Shown: piece by piece, positions 25,701 to 29,883 of the stretch
Layout of the letters: each line of letters starts with the position of its first letter
Position numbering within the stretch: the first letter of the stretch is position 1
From: a virus
Lineage: Duplodnaviria > Caudoviricetes
IMG/VR virus record: IMGVR_UViG_3300007538_000117
Location: 1-29,883 of that record
Strand: one strand, 5' to 3'
DNA: 29,883 nucleotides
Position numbers and translations under genes: made by a program
Notes under the pieces: model-generated
The model's input: the letters and a program-made list of their open reading frames with translations, nothing else
Told to the model about the DNA's origin: nothing
Databases searched by the model: none

Positions 25701-27462
25701 GATCAGAGTCTATCAGGCCCATCCGGACCTTCTTGCCTCGTTCTCTCACGAGACACAGGGCAAGGATCATCCGATCTGGTCACTCATCACCAAGGCCAAC
25801 GAGGCTCTCAAGTTCGGCGCCACAAGAACCCCGGACTTCGCCGTGCGCAACGTGATCCGTGACCTCGGTAGCGCCTTTGTTGGCGCATCGAGCATGATCT
25901 CAAACCCGGCCGACGCGGCCCTGTTCCTGCAAAACTGGTCGGTCATGCTCTTCAAGACGCTGACCGGCAAGAATTTCTACGATGAGCACTACAGGAACTG
26001 GGTCATGTCCGGTGGCGGCATGTCTGAGTTCGTCTCAATCGGGCGCTCCGGTGCCCACCAGACGGCGCGTGCCATAGCCGCCAGGGGCAAGCCACTCCAG
26101 ACCGCAAGGTCCGGTAGCCTGTCCGACATCAGGCTGGGCATGGCATCGTTCATGGATGCCCTCACCGAACTGTCGACCCGCGCCGAAACCATGACGCGAC
26201 TCGCCGTATACCGCACGAGGGTCAAGCAACTTGAGGCCCAGCACCCCGGCAAGGCGAGTGCCATCATCAGAGAGATCGCCGCTCTTGACTCTCGTGATGC
26301 CACGATTGACTTTGCCCGGGTTGGCAAGAAGGCGGCCGCAATCAACCGCATCTCGGCGTTCTTCACCGCTGGTATCGGCGGCAGTGACAAGATGGTGCGG
26401 AGCATGTTCAGCCCTCAGTCGAACACCAATAGCACGATGATGCGCGGGTTTATCGGCCTGACCATCCCGTCCCTGGTCTTGCACTACCTCAACAACGACG
26501 AGGAGTGGTACCAGAACAGGGCTACGTGGGAGAAGAACCTGTTCTGGATGGTTAAGGTTGGCGACCGCATCATTAAGTGGCCCAAGCCGTTCGAGTACGG
26601 ATTGATCTTCGCCTCGTTGCCTGAGCGGATGTACGACTGGATCGCACACAACGACCCCCGCGAGGCCAAGGCACTTGGCGAGATGTTCGCACAGCAGGTG
26701 TTCGGTGGCACGCTGGACCCGGGAAGTGCCGTCTTGGGCGCTGGCGGGTTCTTCGGCGCCATGGTGCAGACCTGGGTGAACAAAGACGCCTTCAGGGGCG
26801 AGAAGATCATCAAGGGCAGTATCGAAAACCTCAAGGCACCGTACCAGTACACGGCCTCGACCTCAAACTTCGCAAGGTACCTGTCCAAGGTCCTCTACTC
26901 GAAGAACATTGAGTTCTCACCGGCGAAGATCGACTTCCTGGTGAGGGGCTCGTTCGCTGGGGTCGGGCAATACGGACTCGACCTGCTTAGCCTGCCCGGC
27001 TACGCGAAGACGGTTGAGCCAGATGTCCAGCCGCTCTCAAGGAAGATTCCACTGGTTAAGTCCTTCACCTCTGACGCTGAGGCGGCGTACGGCAGGTACT
27101 CAGAGGAGTTCTACGAGCTGTATAGCAAGACCAAGGAGGCGGCGTACACGTGGAACGAACTTGCCGACAGGCGGGCCACCAATGAAGAAAGGGCCACCGA
27201 GCTTGACCGCTCCGGCCACTACATGATAATGCACAAGTTCATGTATAATGCCGTGGCCAAATCGAGAGCGCTTTCGGCCACTATCGAGGCCATCACGTAT
27301 GACCCCGACATGTCTGACGACGTCAAGCGTGAGAAGATCAGGCAGATCAGACAGCAGAGGGAGCTGTTTTACCGTAGCATGGTGACGCAGTTCCATGAGA
27401 GCGTAAGCAAGGCGAGGGCGGCGTCCGTTCAGGGCGCAAAGAAACTCAGGAGGCAGGGATAA
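19744..27462 (+). CDS. Giant internal virion/ejection protein: lytic transglycosylase (SLT) + hydrophobic region + repeats + LPD38-like C-terminus (2572 aa)
   Basis: SLT motifs ESGGDPTAVS / AYGGMQVM / AVAAYHDG; Gly-rich hydrophobic region ~20640-21420; C-terminal PKPFEYG..LPER, NKDAFRGEKI, SPAKIDFL typical of LPD38. Confidence 0.88.
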   Translation: MPFDITDYAKKDDVYPTGKGGYGSEPPPVKVRDYTGMTVPDKYAKVWERSGDYITRAANKAQVDPAIILSLVVPESGGDPTAVSMQETKFGNAYGGMQVMWPAAKDMGYDVNSDAEWRKMVMDNPQVGFDAGAKYIKLLLNRYKGNLRYAVAAYHDGMGTIDAQIKAGNGITRGKNGAWHEKKFFETYSNLRGTPHDLESFSFPVSDGLVRSSSGVPYVGTPGADFRWQAGQSRVLQKPSEKAFVEWKLGRSLRQKAEQKQYGPGWYKKLEDESGMLGVSDTDFINRAGENAERLNGIGESGFSDFLDAVAQGAVKSFVLGGVYLGAIGNRMGLGRGLLDASLGVTSWADDYFKVNQEGFWTGLGGAIGSSLPLFLGGALGANAASMIATRYGARLASVFGMSLAEGGAVIPAAQRLAIIAGKAADTSKKFGLSTKGIGFAAGQAVPEAIIEAGSTYAEAKNRGWTDEDALVAAHKTLGGNVPAVAIMDFPYALYGGNWFARLLGASITEGLQEIIQGNISEAALEDKDWSGVFDPRGKEMEFIYGAIVGGMLHSMNPAAYERELTKEEQEQVDTFVAKLDSQMDEVSNPVKKAEVGGIDVRSDMGVEAAERRVTLEEYAAGASDEKLEKDIQGRVDEIENMTRQMEGLDPETQGNAIEWLKGQILKQRDALSTLTHEQLVREVQRGVFGRKGVSKAQSAEDLRNLILDTANHASKKGSITKNEALHLILATGALLREDAASSDFLNELESVFPGVKKLREAYDAKKALEAARLAEEGKTSTPGSETDVDDRTDPRTGREEDRETTIQRLKLDLENNRHIVSNPDDYSDVAVEAAQLDIERDEAALVRLGVDPNVAPEETPGPAAGAEPATGAGPATGAGPATGSAPVPKVLPSTPLLTGGAPAPLLPAPAKKEPVKKTLSAKKKPVKKKLPAKKTLAKKKTAPAKKTLVKKKRPKRLGSVVNWLNGEWARIDESQKHSPAEKNRLKQEAINEVLTSENPDVRHTVEEWLRDHVGVGVFDTTGPAAEDVQAAKKSLKAKAKAKKKENEYQTEGRRRKARAQEKKTAEEQKKREAEIRAEKKAIEEEKSKKKARFGKVKEPREPGEFTEPVDLGEPLTDKAGLERARAAEDELSKLLEEEKEKFYAGERGERTKPGIRRKRNGSLDYKLDQGVRRGRKSALTLTDETRYLPEGYEEMPTWSLRWTDPQGNKHEELFNSKSRALAFLEELEGGLLPTKAQARARIFAIEDALEDVRGRIRSYLNRAKPVGTVSSKEEARIIGMEEASAAARAEEGVEEGAVVEQGAPVDLYTGEQIGQHDVTARKTSGVKLADNEVLMYDLSTGGYTVVSLSSLAKFTEEEADLMSPEEAIEMITLMGLQDEEAGLVPGLSRADIESGAFPPKRINKDGTRQYSLDMILHAMGRDSILGQELTARQTTELVEANLDEAIRRTELAYQRQVALYRQKKRRIDSDLRNSDPAIRDRAMRDLKEIEARGREIAEFRKQLQKIKDQKQTSRQYLMGRLKRQKVLIERHSKLMKELDKLPSVPGSVERADAISAEINAIRDELARLTSIIEALNVPNGKLYDISSIFGMLFDMRALKRAFGGVYSKKWRKSLEYSPIRNAPSSQAMSDEHNAKVQAGRGKSAGRYLNEVYTDWVDADHMAKYVIEEHAGGSEISRALLERGLSPYHILRGSVKGWAAAYNYFLRNGVRDPKTGERIDGNMGIEEILKHHKISGNLSKFSQLNQYMKARRLLGLYDMDPKRFTGWTADEMQDQLRMWRGAVAEADADIIGAADKISQFMNATIKFSNKNGIHSDEEVLRITENPGGLASQGDAFYAPLYEAMDKEVTMGGDISRNAISGTKPLGTIDRNTAIMDPVDAAIRVSAQRINAAYMNNAKLRIAQALDLLGIDELGHEIDPRSSEGRTIITNRVKGALIKFGMSETDASQKIDAILSNSATADDIGVKIWIDSVDLADDMIAFFDDGKIRVYQAHPDLLASFSHETQGKDHPIWSLITKANEALKFGATRTPDFAVRNVIRDLGSAFVGASSMISNPADAALFLQNWSVMLFKTLTGKNFYDEHYRNWVMSGGGMSEFVSIGRSGAHQTARAIAARGKPLQTARSGSLSDIRLGMASFMDALTELSTRAETMTRLAVYRTRVKQLEAQHPGKASAIIREIAALDSRDATIDFARVGKKAAAINRISAFFTAGIGGSDKMVRSMFSPQSNTNSTMMRGFIGLTIPSLVLHYLNNDEEWYQNRATWEKNLFWMVKVGDRIIKWPKPFEYGLIFASLPERMYDWIAHNDPREAKALGEMFAQQVFGGTLDPGSAVLGAGGFFGAMVQTWVNKDAFRGEKIIKGSIENLKAPYQYTASTSNFARYLSKVLYSKNIEFSPAKIDFLVRGSFAGVGQYGLDLLSLPGYAKTVEPDVQPLSRKIPLVKSFTSDAEAAYGRYSEEFYELYSKTKEAAYTWNELADRRATNEERATELDRSGHYMIMHKFMYNAVAKSRALSATIEAITYDPDMSDDVKREKIRQIRQQRELFYRSMVTQFHESVSKARAASVQGAKKLRRQG
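22327..22398 (+). repeat. 4 x 18-bp tandem repeat (GPATGA linker)
   Basis: GGGCCAGCCACCGGAGCG consensus, in frame. Confidence 0.95.
22471..22605 (+). repeat. 4 x 33-36-bp degenerate repeat encoding Lys-rich PAKK units
   Basis: PAKKEPVKKTL SAKKKPVKKKL PAKKTLAKKKTA PAKKTLVKKKR. Confidence 0.9.
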
Positions 27463-28418
27463 TGTCGCTGATTGCCAGGGTCCACACTTCCGGGCTCTCC
27501 CCCGGAGATTCCAATGACATCGTCAAGGTCACGGATGAGCTCAACAACATCATCGGCCTCGGCGTCAATAACATCTACGACCGCCAGGGGTCGGCGTCGG
27601 CCTATGCTGGGGCGAGGGACATCAGCCTCGTTGAGAACGCCACCCAGATCGACACCAACACCACTGCCATCTCCAACAACACTGCCGATATCGCAACCAA
27701 CACTGGCAATATCGCAACCAACGCATCGGACATTGCCAACCTCCAGCAGAACGTCCTGACCCGGTCGGACTCGTCTAGTACGTGGCAACCCACGTTCGCT
27801 GACCTCGATGGCTACTACGCCGTCTACGAGATCAATGGGTTCACTGGCCCGGCCACCATCCAGTTGCCTGATCCTGGCCCAACCGACCCTCAGAGGGAGA
27901 TAGTGATCCTGTCGTCACGAGGAGACCCGTACCCCATCACGATCGACGCATCGAACACATCACTAGAGCACGACACTATCATCCGCAATCGGTGGGGGGG
28001 CCTGGGGTTCATCAGGCTGATGTCCATCCCGAGTGGCGTGTGGAAGGTCATAGATGGCAACTTCAACGACATTGCGCTGGTTGACCATGGCGCCATGACT
28101 GGTGCGGTCTCTCTCGGTTGGGACGACATCAGCGCCAACGATGTCATCAACCTGACCGGCCAGAGCACTTCCGTACAGATCACCTTGCCGACCCCGACCT
28201 CAGTCGATGAGGGCGCTCAGATTGCATTCGTCAGCGACGAAAGAAGCGCCGGTGCTCACGTATCAATCACGCCAGTGGCGTCCAGCCTCAGCGACCAGAC
28301 GGTTGGAGCGGAAGCCCTTTTCTCGACAACGCTTGCCGGGTACGTCAAGTACATGGTCCTCTACAACCAATCAAACTACTACTGGTACCCCGTCCAGGAC
28401 AACAGATTCACACCATAA
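27462..28418 (+). CDS. Short tail fibre/spike-like protein (318 aa)
   Basis: TAATG coupling; Asn/Thr heptad coiled coil followed by two related T(I/Q)xLP beta domains. Confidence 0.7.
   Translation: MSLIARVHTSGLSPGDSNDIVKVTDELNNIIGLGVNNIYDRQGSASAYAGARDISLVENATQIDTNTTAISNNTADIATNTGNIATNASDIANLQQNVLTRSDSSSTWQPTFADLDGYYAVYEINGFTGPATIQLPDPGPTDPQREIVILSSRGDPYPITIDASNTSLEHDTIIRNRWGGLGFIRLMSIPSGVWKVIDGNFNDIALVDHGAMTGAVSLGWDDISANDVINLTGQSTSVQITLPTPTSVDEGAQIAFVSDERSAGAHVSITPVASSLSDQTVGAEALFSTTLAGYVKYMVLYNQSNYYWYPVQDNRFTP
27648..27740 (+). repeat. 21-bp heptad repeat (IATNTxN), trimeric coiled-coil stalk
   Basis: IDTNTTA ISNNTAD IATNTGN IATNASD IAN. Confidence 0.85.
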
Positions 28419-28428
28419 GGAGACCCCG

Positions 28429-28743
28429 ATGTCTGACGGCCGGATGGAAACAATCGAGAGAGACATAAGGGAGATTAAGAGGGCTGTCTCGGAGATCGGA
28501 GCTTCACTGGCAAGACTGGAGGGCTCTGAAGACGCTTTTCATGAGAACGTGTGCAAGAGGCACGTGTCACAGCTCACGGAGCACGACAACAGGTTGAAGG
28601 TGGTCGAGAGGAAGGTTGAGAACAAGTGGCCGTCGCTGATATTCGCCTTCCTTGGGTCGATGGCGCCGCCGCTTGTGATCCTTGCCTTCTTCCAGAAGCA
28701 GATCGTTACAATCTACCGACTAGCGGAGATGAGTAGTGGCTGA
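28429..28743 (+). CDS. Holin-like/XhlA-like membrane protein (104 aa, start MSDGRM)
   Basis: AAGGAG SD; N-terminal coiled coil and C-terminal TM segment WPSLIFAFLGSMAPPLVILAFF. Confidence 0.6.
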   Translation: MSDGRMETIERDIREIKRAVSEIGASLARLEGSEDAFHENVCKRHVSQLTEHDNRLKVVERKVENKWPSLIFAFLGSMAPPLVILAFFQKQIVTIYRLAEMSSG

Positions 28744-29883
28744 TCTAAGAAGAACCCGCGAAGAGATCAGGCACTGGGCCGCAGACGAGTGCCTGTCCAA
28801 GACGAACATCGAGGTGTACTCACCATCCGGTGATTACAATCCGGCCACGAAGAAGTATGTGGACGAGAGGACGACGGGGGCTGGCCTCGGCGACGTATCC
28901 GGCCCGGGCATTCCCGTGGTCGATGGAAACCTCGCGTCATGGGACGGCACAACCGGAACCAGCATAGAGGACTCTGGTATCGCGGCCGCAGACGTTCTCA
29001 CGTGGGCCTCTCAGATTCACACTCACTCCAACTACGCCATACTTGAGGCCGTCGAGGTGGCCTACACCACCGCCCTCAACAACAAGCTCGCCGGTATCGA
29101 GTCCGGCGCCGAGGTCAACAACCTGTCTGACTTGGAGGCCGACGAGCTTACAGACGGTAGCGTCACGACACTGCACACCCACAACCACGACGACCTTGCA
29201 AGCATAGACCCCAACGAGCACATCGACTGGACGGCAACCACTGAGGACCTGGAGACCACCGGCACGGTGGAAACGTCACGCTTGTTCATAAACGGCTCCT
29301 CACTGACCATGGCCAACGCCAGACTCAACACACAGATAGACGGCGTCAGCGTCATGGCCCTCCAGTCCTACTACGACCAGGACCTGCACCGGTTCTCAAT
29401 CAAGGACAGGACGGACTCAAGCTGGCACGCCATGCTCGACTTCGTCATAACTGACCCAGAAGTGACCCACCCGTCTGGCCCTGCCGTTATCGTACAGCAG
29501 AACCTCGCCGTCTCCGGAGATTTCACAGTGGACGGTGCGATGTACGTTTTCGGCGGGCAAGAGGTGGTCGGTGACCTCCAGGTCGACGGCAACATCCGCC
29601 AGTGGGGTAGCTACATCGTCCTCAACGACCAGACCGGGCACTCCGGGTACGGCGACGGGACCGTCTACTTCAACGACCCCAATGACGTTGTGGGCACGGA
29701 TCAGGCGTACCTGAGGGTGCAGTTGGACACGACCACTGGCATACCGGACAGCGCGTCAGGGCAACCGGCAGGCTCTTTCTTTCTGAGTCACGGCCTGAGG
29801 GCGCAGGGCGACATTAGCGTCGGGTCAATGTTGCCGTCCGGCACTGCACGCAGGGTCTACTTCTACGATCTCAGCGGGTTCGA
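28736..29883 (+). CDS. Tail fibre protein, 3'-truncated by the window (>382 aa)
   Basis: Not in ORF track. GGAG SD plus GTG start, open to the window end: MADLRRTREE...YNPATKKYVD...GDVSGP..DGNLASWDGTTG..IEDSG...HTHSN...KLAGIESGAEVN...LHTHNH. Confidence 0.85.
   Translation, partial: MADLRRTREEIRHWAADECLSKTNIEVYSPSGDYNPATKKYVDERTTGAGLGDVSGPGIPVVDGNLASWDGTTGTSIEDSGIAAADVLTWASQIHTHSNYAILEAVEVAYTTALNNKLAGIESGAEVNNLSDLEADELTDGSVTTLHTHNHDDLASIDPNEHIDWTATTEDLETTGTVETSRLFINGSSLTMANARLNTQIDGVSVMALQSYYDQDLHRFSIKDRTDSSWHAMLDFVITDPEVTHPSGPAVIVQQNLAVSGDFTVDGAMYVFGGQEVVGDLQVDGNIRQWGSYIVLNDQTGHSGYGDGTVYFNDPNDVVGTDQAYLRVQLDTTTGIPDSASGQPAGSFFLSHGLRAQGDISVGSMLPSGTARRVYFYDLSGF

Noticed and set aside
1-29883. 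tRNA, rRNA, integrase/att sites, reverse transcriptase/DGR
   Set aside because: None recognised by eye. The nozzle repeats differ at all base types, not only adenines, and no RT is present.

Overview
A fragment of a tailed-phage (podovirus-type) genome or prophage with two divergent arms. The right arm (+ strand, ~6.4-29.9 kb) is a virion morphogenesis module: terminase large subunit, portal, scaffold, N4-gp56-family major capsid protein, two paralogous small capsid-associated proteins, adaptor, nozzle with a duplicated inserted domain, a GNAT protein, and three ejection proteins. The last ejection protein is a 2572-aa giant with a lytic transglycosylase, histone-H1-like repeats and an LPD38-like C-terminus. 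The arm ends with a short fibre, a holin-like gene and a truncated tail fibre. The left arm (- strand, 1-6.1 kb) is an early/accessory region: small hypothetical genes, a MoxR/CbbQ-type AAA+ ATPase with a degenerate vWA-like partner, and the start of a Lar-like zinc-ribbon gene. A lone + strand TerS-like gene with its own sigma70-like promoter sits inside it. The most striking unexplained structure is non-coding. Five leftward genes that start after an intergenic gap are each preceded by a 36-nt hairpin plus a stereotyped AAAGG(G)AGCA ribosome-binding site, and two of these hairpins share identical geometry with 7 compensatory base-pair changes. A bipartite motif follows both cUUCGg/U9 terminators, and GGCGTWAAC lies exactly 14 nt before the start codon of three head genes. 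All family assignments come from motif recognition by eye; no searches were run.
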